Source: the human T2T-CHM13v2.0 reference genome, Homo sapiens
DNA length: 64,000 nucleotides
Assembly (NCBI RefSeq): GCF_009914755.1
Contig: NC_060933.1
Direction: 5' to 3' (one strand)
In this document: positions 27,151 through 40,139 of the stretch, in pieces
Layout: each line of letters begins with the position of its first letter
Numbering within the stretch: position 1 is the first letter of the stretch
Position numbers and translations under genes: made by a program
Notes under the pieces: model-generated
Seen by the model: only the letters and a program-made list of their open reading frames with translations
The model's database searches: none
What the model was told of the DNA's origin: nothing

Positions 27151-28999
27151 GAATGGAATGCAATGGAATGCAATGGAATGGAATGGAATGGAATGGAATG
27201 GTACGGAATAGAATGGAATGGAACGAAATGGAATGGAATGGAATGGAATGGAATGGAATGGAATGGAATGGAATGGAATGGAATGGAATCATTCCGAGTT
27301 GAATAGAAGGGAATGTATTCGAGTGGAATGGAAAGGAATTGAAAAACCCCGAGTGGAATGGAAGTGAATGGAACGGAATGGAAAAGAATAGAATGCAATC
27401 AACTCGAGTGGAATGGAATGGAAAGGAATGGAATGGAATGGAATGGAATGGAATGGAATGGAATAGAATGGAATGGAATCAACTCGAGTGCAATGGAATG
27501 GAATAGAATGGAACGGAATCGAATCAACCCGAATAGAATGGAATGAAATGGAATCAACCCGAGTGGAATGGCATGGAATGGAAAGGAATGGAATGGAATT
27601 GAATGGTACGGAATAGAATGGACTGGAACGAAATGGAATGAAATGGATTCCACCCAATTGGAATGGAATGGAATGGAATGCAATGGAATGGAATTGTGTG
27701 AAATGGAATGGAATGGAATGGAGTGTGAAGGAATTGAATAGAATCAACCCGAATAGAATGGAATGTAATGGAATGGAAAGTAATGGAATGGAATGGAATG
27801 GAATGGAATGGAATGCAATGGAATGGAATCAACCTGATGGGAATGGAAGGGAATGGAATGCAATGGAATGTAATAGAATAGAATGGATCGAAATGGAATG
27901 GAATGCAATCAACCCGAATGGAATGGAATGGAATGGAATGAAATGGAACGGAATAGAGTGGAATGGATCGAAATGGAATGGAATGGAATCAACCCTATTG
28001 GAATGGAATGGAATGGAATGGAAGGGAAAGGAATAGAATGGAATCAACCCGAGTGGAATGGAATGGAATGGAATGGACTCAACTCGAGTGGAATGGAATG
28101 GTATGGAATAGATTGGAATGGAATGCAATGGAATGGAATGGAATCATTCCGAGTGGAATGGAAGGGAATGTAATCGAGTGGAATGGAAAGGAATGGAATC
28201 AACCCGAGTGGAATGGAAGGGAATGGAATGGAAGGAAAGGAATAGAATGGAATCAACCCGAGTGGAATGGAATGGAATGGAATGGAGTGGAATGGAATGG
28301 AATGGAATATAATCAACCCGAAAGGAATGGAGTGGAATGGAATCAACCCGAGTGGAATGGCATGGAATGGAATGGAAAGGAAAGGAATGGAATGGTACGG
28401 AATAGAATGGAAGGGAACGAAATGGAATGGAATGGATTCAACACAATTGGAATGGAATGGAAAGGAATGGAATCATTCCGAGTGGAATAGAAGGGAATAT
28501 ATTCGAGTGGAATGGAAAGGAATTATATCAAGCCGAATGGAATGGAATGGAATGGAATGGATGGAATCCACTCGAGTGCAACAGAATGGAATAGAATGGA
28601 ATGGAATGGAATGGAATGGAATGGAATGGAATGGAATCAACCCGAATAGAATGGAATGGAATGGAGTCAACACGAGTGGAATGGCATTGAATGGAAAGGA
28701 ATGGAATGGAATGGAATGGTACGGAGTAGAATGGAATGGAACGAAATGGAACGGAATAGATTCAACCTAATTGGAATGGAATGGAATGGAATGGAATGGA
28801 ATTGTGTGGAACGGATTGGAATGGAATGGAGTGTAAAGGAATTGAATAGAATCAACTCGAATGGAATGGAATGCAACGGAATGCAATGAAGTGGAATGCA
28901 ATGGAATGGAATGGAAAGGTACGGAATAGAATGGAATGGAAAGAAATGGAATGGAATGGATTCAACCCAATTGGAATGGAATGGAATGGAATGGAATGG

Positions 29000-31900
29000 A
29001 ATTGTGTGGAACGGATTGGAATGGAATGGAGTGTAAAGGAATTGAATAGAATCAACTCGAATGGAATGGAATGCAACGGAATGCAATGAAGTGGAATGCA
29101 ATGGAATGGAAAGGTACGGAATAGAATGGAATGGAAAGAAATGGAATGGAATGGATTCAACCCAATTGGAATGGAATGGAATGGAATTGTGTGGAATGGA
29201 ATGGAATCGAATGCAGTGTAAAGAACTGAATAGAATCAACCCGAATGGAATGGAATGGAATGGAAGGAATGGAATGCAATGGAATGGAATGGAATGGACT
29301 CAACTCGAGTGGAATGGAATGGTATGGAATGGATTGGAATGGAATGCAATGGAATGGAATGGAATCATTCCGAGTGGAATGGAAGGGAATGTAATCGAGT
29401 GGAATGGAAAGGAATGGAATCAACCCGAGTGGAATGGAAGGGAATGGAATGGAAGGGAAAGGAATAGAATGGAATCAACCCGAGTGGAATGGAATGGAAT
29501 GGAATGGAGTGGAATGGAATGGAATGGAATATAATCAACCCGTAAGGAATGGAGTGGAATGGAATCAACCCGAGTGGAATGGCATGGAATGGAATGGAAT
29601 GGAATGAAATGGAATGGAATGGAACGGTATGGTAAGGATAGAATGGAATGGAACGAAATGGATTGGAAGGGTTTCAACCCAATTGGAATGGAATGGAATG
29701 GAATGGAATGGAATGGAATGGAATTGTGTGGAATGGATTGGAATGGAATGGAGTGTAAAGGAATTGAATAGAATCAACTCGAATGGAATGGAATGCAACG
29801 GAATGCAATGAAGTGGAATGCAATGGAATGGAAAGGTACGGAATAGAATGGAATGGAAAGAAATGGAATGGAATGGATTCAACCTAACTGGAATGGAATG
29901 GAATGGAATTGTGTGGAATGGAATGGAATCGAATGCAGTGTAAAGAACTGAATAGAATCAACCCGAATGGAATGGAATGGAATGGAAGGAATGGAATGCA
30001 ATGGAATGGAATGGAATGGACTCAACTCGAGTGGAATGGAATGGTATGGAATGGATTTGAATGGAATGCAATGGAATGGAATGGAATCATTCCGAGTGGA
30101 ATGGAAGGGAATGTAATCGAGTGGAATGGAAAGGAATGGAATCAACCCGAGTGGAATGGAAGGGAATGGAATGGAAGGGAAAGGAATAGAATGGAATCAA
30201 CCCGAGTGGAATGGAATGGAATGGAACGGAATGGAATGAAATGAAATCAACCCGAGTAGAGTGGAGTGGTATGGAATCGAATGGAATTGAATGTACAGCA
30301 ATGAAATGCAGCTAAATGGAACGGATTGGAAAGTAATGGAATGGAATGCAACCTAGTGGAATGGAATGGAATGCAATGGAATGGTATGAAATGGAATGGA
30401 ATGGAATGAAATGGAATGGAATGTAAAGTAATCAACACTAGTACAAAGGAATGGAATGGAAAGGAATGGAATGGAATGGAATGGAATGGAATCAACCCCA
30501 GTGGAATGGATTAGAATGGAATGGAATGGAATGGAATGGAATGGAATCAACCTGATTGGAATGGAAGGGAATGGAATGCAATGGAATGTAATAGAATACA
30601 ATGGATCGAAATGGAATGGAATGGAATCAACCCGATTGGAATGGAATGGAATGGAATGGAACGGAATAGAGTAGAATGGATCGAAATGGAATGGAATGGA
30701 ATCAACTCGATTTGAATGGAATGGAATGGAATGGAAGGGAAAGGAATAGAATGGAATCAACCCGTGTGGAATGGAATGGAATGGAATGGACTCAACTCGA
30801 GTGGAAAGGAATGGTATGGAATGGATTGGAATGGAATGCAATGGAATGGAATGGAATCATTCCGAGTGGAATGGAAGGGAATGTAATCGAGTGGAATGGA
30901 AAGGAATGGAATCAACCCGAGTGGAATGGAAGGGAATGGAATGGAAGGGAAAGGAATAGAATGGAATCAACCTGAGTGGAATGGAATGGAATGGAATGGA
31001 GCGGAATGGAATGGAATGGAATATAATCAACCCGTAAGGAATGGAGTGGAATGGAATCAACCCGAGTGGAATGGCATGGAATGGAATGGAATGGAATGAA
31101 ATGGAATGGAATGGAACGGTATGGTAAGGATAGAATGGAATGGAACGAAATGGATTGGAAGGGTTTCAACCCAATTGGAATGGAATGGAATGGAATGGAA
31201 TGGAATGGAATGGAATGGAATTGTGTGGAACGGATTGGAATGGAATGGAGTGTAAAGGAATTGAATAGAATCAACTCGAATGGAATGGAATGCAACGGAA
31301 TGCAATGAAGTGGAATGCAATGGAATGGAAAGGTACGGAATAGAATGGAATGGAAAGAAATGGAATGGAATGGATTCAACCCAACTGGAATGGAATGTAA
31401 TGGAATTGTGTGGAATGGAATGGAATCGAATGCAGTGTAAAGAACTGAATAGAATCAACCCGAATGGAATGGAATGGAATGGAAGGAATGGAATGCAATG
31501 GAATGGAATGGAATGGACTCAACTCGAGTGGAATGGAATGGTATGGAATGGATTGGAATGGAATGCAATGGAATGGAATGGAATCATTCCGAGTGGAATG
31601 GAAGGGAATGTAATCGAGTGGAATGGAAAGGAATGGAATCAACCCGAGTGGAATGGAAGGGAATGGAATGGAAGGGAAAGGAATAGAATGGAATCAACCC
31701 GAGTGGAATGGAATGGAATGGAACGGAATGGAATGAAATGAAATCAACCCGAGTAGAGTGGAGTGGTATGGAATCGAATGGAATTGAATGTACAGCAATG
31801 AAATGCAGCTAAATGGAACGGATTGGAAAGTAATGGAATGGAATGCAACCTAGTGGAATGGAATGGAATGTAATGGAATGGTATGAAATGGAATGGAATG

Positions 31901-32550
31901 GAATGAAATGGAATGGAATGTAAAGTAATCAACACTAGTACAAAGGAATGGAATGGAAAGGAATGGAATGGAATGGAATGGAATGGAATGGAATGGAATC
32001 AACCCCAGTGGAATGGATTAGAATGGAATGGAATGGAATGGAATGGAATGGAATCAACCTGATTGGAATGGAAGGGAATGGAATGCAATGGAATGTAATA
32101 GAATACAATGGATCGAAATGGAATGGAATGGAATCAACCCGATTGGAATGGAATGGAATGGAATGGAATGGAACGGAATAGAGTGGAATGGATCGAAATG
32201 GAATGGAATGGAATCAACTCGATTTGAATGGAATGGAATGGAATGGAAGGGAAAGGAATAGAATGGAATCAACCCGTGTGGAATGGAATGGAATGGAATG
32301 GACTCAACTCGAGTGGAAAGGAATGGTATGGAATGGATTGGAATGGAATGCAATGGAATGGAATGGAATCATTCCGAGTGGAATGGAAGGGAATGTAATC
32401 GAGTGGAATGGAAAGGAATGGAATCAACCCGAGTGGAATGGAAGGGAATGGAATGGAAGGGAAAGGAATAGAATGGAATCAACCCGACTGGAATGGAATG
32501 GAATGGAATGGAGTGGAATGGAATGGAATGGAATATAATCAACCCGAAAG
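29000..32550 (+). repeat. ~1.5 kb nested unit, ~2.3 copies, inside copy 1 of the 6.27 kb duplication
   Basis: CAACCCGTAAGG (~29536/31028), GGTATGGTAAGGATAG (~29626/31118), CAACACTAGTACAAAGG (~30433/31930), CAACCCGTGTGG (~30758/32270). Offsets are 1492-1512. Confidence 0.88.
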
Positions 32551-35264
32551 GAATGGAGTGGAATGGAATCAACCCGAGTGGAATGGCATGGAATGGAATG
32601 GAAAGGAAAGGAATGGAATGGTACGGAATAGAATGGAATGGAACGAAATGGAATGGAATGCATTCAACACAATTGGAATGGAATGGAATGGAATGGAATC
32701 ATTCCGAGTGGAATAGAAGGGAATGTATTCGAGTGGAATGGAAAGGAATGATATCAACCCGAATGGAATGGAATGGAATGGAATGGAATGGAATGGAATC
32801 AACTGGAGTGCAACAGAATGGAATAGAATGGAATGGAATGGAATGGAATGGAATGGAGTGGAATGGAATGGAATCAACCCGAATAGAATGGAATGGAATG
32901 GAGTCAACACGAGTGGAATGGCATTGAATGGAAAGGAATGGAATGGAATGGAATGGAATGGTACGGAGTAGAATGGAATGGAACGAAATGGAACGGAATA
33001 GACTCAACCTAATTGGAATGGAATGGAATGGAATGGAATGGAATTGTGTGGAATGGAATGGAATGGAATGGAGTGTAAAGGAATTGAATAGAGTCAACAC
33101 GAATAGAATGGAATGGAAAGGAATGGAATGGAATGCAATGGAATGGAATGGAATGGAATGGAATGGAAAGGAATCAACTCGAGTGGAAAGAATTGGAATG
33201 GAATGGAATGGATTGGAATGGAATGCAATGGAATTGAATGGAATCATTCCGAGTGGAATGGAAGGGAATGTAATCCAGTGTAATGGAAACGAATGGAATC
33301 AACCCGAGTGGAATGGAAGGGAATGGAATGGAATGGAAAGGAATTAAATGGAATCAACCCGAGTGGGATGGAATGGAATGGAATGGAATGGAATCATCCC
33401 GAATGGAATGGAGTGGAATGGAATGGAATTGAATGGAATGTGGTGGAATGGAATGGAATCAACCCGAGTGCAATGGAATGGAATGGAATGGAAGGGAATG
33501 GAATATAATCAACCCGAATGGAATGGAATGGAAAGGAATCAACCCGAGTGGAATGGCATGGAATGGAATGGAATGGAATGGAATGGAATGGAATGGAACG
33601 GAATGGTACGGAATAGAATGGAATAGAACGAAATGGAATGGAATGGATTCAACCCAATTGGAATGGAATGGAATGGAATGGAATGGAATGGAATGGAATG
33701 GATTGGAATGGAATGCAATGGAATGGAATGGAATCATTCCGAGTGGAATGGAACGGAATGAAGTCGAGTGGAATGGAAAGGAATGGAATCAACCCGAGTG
33801 CAATGTAATCTTTGTAATGTATTGTAAAGTAATGGAGAGGAATGGAATGGAATGGAATTGAATGGTACGGAATAGAATGGACTGGAACGAAATGGAATGA
33901 AATGGATTCCACCCAATTGGAATGGAATGGAATGGAATGCAATGGAATGGAATTGTGTGAAATGGAATGGAATGGAATGGAGTGTGAAGGAATTGAATAG
34001 AATCAACCCGAATAGAATGGAATGTAATGGAATGGAAAGTAATGGAATGGAATGGAATGGAATGGAATGGAATGGAATGCAATGGAATGGAATCAACCTG
34101 ATGGGAATGGAAGGGAATGGAATGCAATGGAATGTAATAGAATAGAATGGATCGAAATGGAATGGAATGCAATCAACCCGAATGGAATGGAATGGAATGG
34201 AATGAAATGGAACGGAATAGAGTGGAATGGATCGAAATGGAATGGAATGGAATCAACCCTATTGGAATGGAATGGAATGGAATGGAAGGGAAAGGAATAG
34301 AATGGAATCAACCCGAGTGGAATGGAATGGAATGGAATGGACTCAACTCGAGTGGAATGGAATGGTATGGAATAGATTGGAATGGAATGCAATGGAATGG
34401 AATGGAATCATTCCGAGTGGAATGGAAGGGAATGTAATCGAGTGGAATGGAAAGGAATGGAATCAACCCGAGTGGAATGGAAGGGAATGGAATGGAAGGA
34501 AAGGAATAGAATGGAATCAACCCGAGTGGAATGGAATGGAATGGAATGGAGTGGAATGGAATGGAATGGAATATAATCAACCCGAAAGGAATGGAGTGGA
34601 ATGGAATCAACCCGAGTGGAATGGCATGGAATGGAATGGAAAGGAAAGGAATGGAATGGTACGGAATAGAATGGAATGGAACGAAATGGAATGGAATGGA
34701 TTCAACAAAATTGGAATGGAATGGAAAGGAATGGAATCATTCCGAGTGGAATAGAAGGGAATATATTCGAGTGGAATGGAAAGGAATTATATCAAGCCGA
34801 ATGGAATGGAATGGAATGGAATGGATGGAATCAACTCGAGTGCAACAGAATGGAATAGAATGGAATGGAATGGAATGGAATGGAATGGAATGGAATGGAA
34901 TCAACCCGAATAGAATGGAATGGAATGGAGTCAACACGAGTGGAATGGCATTGAATGGAAAGGAATGGAATGGAATGGAATGGTACGGAGTAGAATGGAA
35001 TGGAACGAAATGGAACGGAATAGATTCAACCTAATTGGAATGGAATGGAATGGAATGGAATGGAATTGTGTGGAACGGATTGGAATGGAATGGAGTGTAA
35101 AGGAATTGAATAGAATCAACTCGAATGGAATGGAATGCAACGGAATGCAATGAAGTGGAATGCAATGGAATGGAATGGAAAGGTACGGAATAGAATGGAA
35201 TGGAAAGAAATGGAATGGAATGGATTCAACCCAATTGGAATGGAATGGAATGGAATGGAATGGA

Positions 35265-38200
35265 ATTGTGTGGAACGGATTGGAATGGAATGGAGTGTAA
35301 AGGAATTGAATAGAATCAACTCGAATGGAATGGAATGCAACGGAATGCAATGAAGTGGAATGCAATGGAATGGAAAGGTACGGAATAGAATGGAATGGAA
35401 AGAAATGGAATGGAATGGATTCAACCCAATTGGAATGGAATGGAATGGAATTGTGTGGAATGGAATGGAATCGAATGCAGTGTAAAGAACTGAATAGAAT
35501 CAACCCGAATGGAATGGAATGGAATGGAAGGAATGGAATGCAATGGAATGGAATGGAATGGACTCAACTCGAGTGGAATGGAATGGTATGGAATGGATTG
35601 GAATGGAATGCAATGGAATGGAATGGAATCATTCCGAGTGGAATGGAAGGGAATGTAATCGAGTGGAATGGAAAGGAATGGAATCAACCCGAGTGGAATG
35701 GAAGGGAATGGAATGGAAGGGAAAGGAATAGAATGGAATCAACCCGAGTGGAATGGAATGGAATGGAATGGAGTGGAATGGAATGGAATGGAATATAATC
35801 AACCCGTAAGGAATGGAGTGGAATGGAATCAACCCGAGTGGAATGGCATGGAATGGAATGGAATGGAATGAAATGGAATGGAATGGAACGGTATGGTAAG
35901 GATAGAATGGAATGGAACGAAATGGATTGGAAGGGTTTCAACCCAATTGGAATGGAATGGAATGGAATGGAATGGAATGGAATGGAATGGAATGGAATTG
36001 TGTGGAATGGATTGGAATGGAATGGAGTGTAAAGGAATTGAATAGAATCAACTCGAATGGAATGGAATGCAACGGAATGCAATGAAGTGGAATGCAATGG
36101 AATGGAAAGGTACGGAATAGAATGGAATGGAAAGAAATGGAATGGAATGGATTCAACCCAACTGGAATGGAATGGAATGGAATTGTGTGGAATGGAATGG
36201 AATCGAATGCAGTGTAAAGAACTGAATAGAATCAACCCGAATGGAATGGAATGGAATGGAAGGAATGGAATGCAATGGAATGGAATGGAATGGACTCAAC
36301 TCGAGTGGAATGGAATGGTATGGAATGGATTTGAATGGAATGCAATGGAATGGAATGGAATCATTCCGAGTGGAATGGAAGGGAATGTAATCGAGTGGAA
36401 TGGAAAGGAATGGAATCAACCCGAGTGGAATGGAAGGGAATGGAATGGAAGGGAAAGGAATAGAATGGAATCAACCCGAGTGGAATGGAATGGAATGGAA
36501 CGGAATGGAATGAAATGAAATCAACCCGAGTAGAGTGGAGTGGTATGGAATCGAATGGAATTGAATGTACAGCAATGAAATGCAGCTAAATGGAACGGAT
36601 TGGAAAGTAATGGAATGGAATGCAACCTAGTGGAATGGAATGGAATGCAATGGAATGGTATGAAATGGAATGGAATGGAATGAAATGGAATGGAATGTGA
36701 AGTAATCAACACTAGTACAAAGGAATGGAATGGAAAGGAATGGAATGGAATGGAATGGAATGGAATGGAATGGAATCAACCCCAGTGGAATGGATTAGAA
36801 TGGAATGGAATGGAATGGAATGGAATGGAATCAACCTGATTGGAATGGAAGGGAATGGAATGCAATGGAATGTAATAGAATACAATGGATCGAAATGGAA
36901 TGGAATGGAATCAACCCGATTGGAATGGAATGGAATGGAATGGAACGGAATAGAGTAGAATGGATCGAAATGGAATGGAATGGAATCAACTCGATTTGAA
37001 TGGAATGGAATGGAATGGAAGGGAAAGGAATAGAATGGAATCAACCCGTGTGGAATGGAATGGAATGGAATGGACTCAACTCGAGTGGAAAGGAATGGTA
37101 TGGAATGGATTGGAATGGAATGCAATGGAATGGAATGGAATCATTCCGAGTGGAATGGAAGGGAATGTAATCGAGTGGAATGGAAAGGAATGGAATCAAC
37201 CCGAGTGGAATGGAAGGGAATGGAATGGAAGGGAAAGGAATAGAATGGAATCAACCCGAGTGGAATGGAATGGAATGGAATGGAGCGGAATGGAATGGAA
37301 TGGAATATAATCAACCCGTAAGGAATGGAGTGGAATGGAATCAACCCGAGTGGAATGGCATGGAATGGAATGGAATGGAATGAAATGGAATGGAATGGAA
37401 CGGTATGGTAAGGATAGAATGGAATGGAACGAAATGGATTGGAAGGGTTTCAACCCAATTGGAATGGAATGGAATGGAATGGAATGGAATGGAATGGAAT
37501 GGAATTGTGTGGAACGGATTGGAATGGAATGGAGTGTAAAGGAATTGAATAGAATCAACTCGAATGGAATGGAATGCAACGGAATGCAATGAAGTGGAAT
37601 GCAATGGAATGGAAAGGTACGGAATAGAATGGAATGGAAAGAAATGGAATGGAATGGATTCAACCCAACTGGAATGGAATGTAATGGAATTGTGTGGAAT
37701 GGAATGGAATCGAATGCAGTGTAAAGAACTGAATAGAATCAACCCGAATGGAATGGAATGGAATGGAAGGAATGGAATGCAATGGAATGGAATGGAATGG
37801 ACTCAACTCGAGTGGAATGGAATGGTATGGAATGGATTGGAATGGAATGCAATGGAATGGAATGGAATCATTCCGAGTGGAATGGAAGGGAATGTAATCG
37901 AGTGGAATGGAAAGGAATGGAATCAACCCGAGTGGAATGGAAGGGAATGGAATGGAAGGGAAAGGAATAGAATGGAATCAACCCGAGTGGAATGGAATGG
38001 AATGGAACGGAATGGAATGAAATGAAATCAACCCGAGTAGAGTGGAGTGGTATGGAATCGAATGGAATTGAATGTACAGCAATGAAATGCAGCTAAATGG
38101 AACGGATTGGAAAGTAATGGAATGGAATGCAACCTAGTGGAATGGAATGGAATGTAATGGAATGGTATGAAATGGAATGGAATGGAATGAAATGGAATGG

Positions 38201-38830
38201 AATGTAAAGTAATCAACACTAGTACAAAGGAATGGAATGGAAAGGAATGGAATGGAATGGAATGGAATGGAATGGAATGGAATGGAATCAACCCCAGTGG
38301 AATGGATTAGAATGGAATGGAATGGAATGGAATGGAATGGAATCAACCTGATTGGAATGGAAGGGAATGGAATGCAATGGAATGTAATAGAATACAATGG
38401 ATCGAAATGGAATGGAATGGAATCAACCCGATTGGAATGGAATGGAATGGAATGGAACGGAATAGAGTGGAATGGATCGAAATGGAATGGAATGGAATCA
38501 ACTCGATTTGAATGGAATGGAATGGAATGGAAGGGAAAGGAATAGAATGGAATCAACCCGTGTGGAATGGAATGGAATGGAATGGACTCAACTCGAGTGG
38601 AAAGGAATGGTATGGAATGGATTGGAATGGAATGCAATGGAATGGAATGGAATCATTCCGAGTGGAATGGAAGGGAATGTAATCGAGTGGAATGGAAAGG
38701 AATGGAATCAACCCGAGTGGAATGGAAGGGAATGGAATGGAAGGGAAAGGAATAGAATGGAATCAACCCGACTGGAATGGAATGGAATGGAATGGAGTGG
38801 AATGGAATGGAATGGAATATAATCAACCCG
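35265..38830 (+). repeat. ~1.5 kb nested unit, ~2.3 copies, inside copy 2 of the 6.27 kb duplication
   Basis: Same markers: CAACCCGTAAGG (~35800/37312), CAACACTAGTACAAAGG (~36707/38214), CAACCCGTGTGG (~37042/38554). Confidence 0.88.
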
Positions 38831-40139
38831 AAAGGAATGGAGTGGAATGGAATCAACCCGAGTGGAATGGCATGGAATGGAATGGAAAGGAAAGGAATGG
38901 AATGGTACGGAATAGAATGGAATGGAACGAAATGGAATGGAATGCATTCAACACAATTGGAATGGAATGGAATGGAATGGAATCATTCCGAGTGGAATAG
39001 AAGGGAATGTATTCGAGTGGAATGGAAAGGAATGATATCAACCCGAATGGAATGGAATGGAATGGAATGGAATGGAATGGAATCAACTGGAGTGCAACAG
39101 AATGGAATAGAATGGAATGGAATGGAATGGAATGGAATGGAGTGGAATGGAATGGAATCAACCCGAATAGAATGGAATGGAATGGAGTCAACACGAGTGG
39201 AATGGCATTGAATGGAAAGGAATGGAATGGAATGGAATGGAATGGTACGGAGTAGAATGGAATGGAACGAAATGGAACGGAATAGATTCAACCTAATTGG
39301 AATGGAATGGAATGGAATGGAATGGAATTGTGTGGAATGGAATGGAATGGAATGGAGTGTAAAGGAATTGAATAGAGTCAACACGAATAGAATGGAATGG
39401 AAAGGAATGGAATGGAATGCAATGGAATGGAATGGAATGGAATGGAATGGAAAGGAATCAACTCGAGTGGAAAGAATTGGAATGGAATGGAATGGATTGG
39501 AATGGAATGCAATGGAATTGAATGGAATCATTCCGAGTGGAATGGAAGGGAATGTAATCCAGTGTAATGGAAACGAATGGAATCAACCCGAGTGGAATGG
39601 AAGGGAATGGAATGGAATGGAAAGGAATTAAATGGAATCAACCCGAGTGGGATGGAATGGAATGGAATGGAATGGAATCATCCCGAATGGAATGGAGTGG
39701 AATGGAATGTAATTGAAAGGAATGTGGTGGAATGGAATGGAATCAACCCGAGTGCAATGGAATGGAATGGAATGGAAGGGAATGGAATATAATCAACCCG
39801 AATGGAATGGAATGGAAAGGAATCAACCCGAGTGGAATGGCATGGAATGGAATGGAATGGAATGGAATGGAATGGAATGGAATGGAATGGAACGGAATGG
39901 TACGGAATAGAATGGAATGGAACGAAATGGAATGGAATGGATTCAACCCAATTGGAATGGAATGGAATGGAATGGAATGGAATGGAATGGAATGGATTGG
40001 AATGGAATGCAATGGAATGGAATGGAATCATTCCGAGTGGAATGGAACGGAATGAAGTCGAGTGGAATGGAAAGGAATGGAATCAACCCGAGTGCAATGT
40101 AATCTTTGTAATGTATTGTAAAGTAATGGAGAGGAATGG

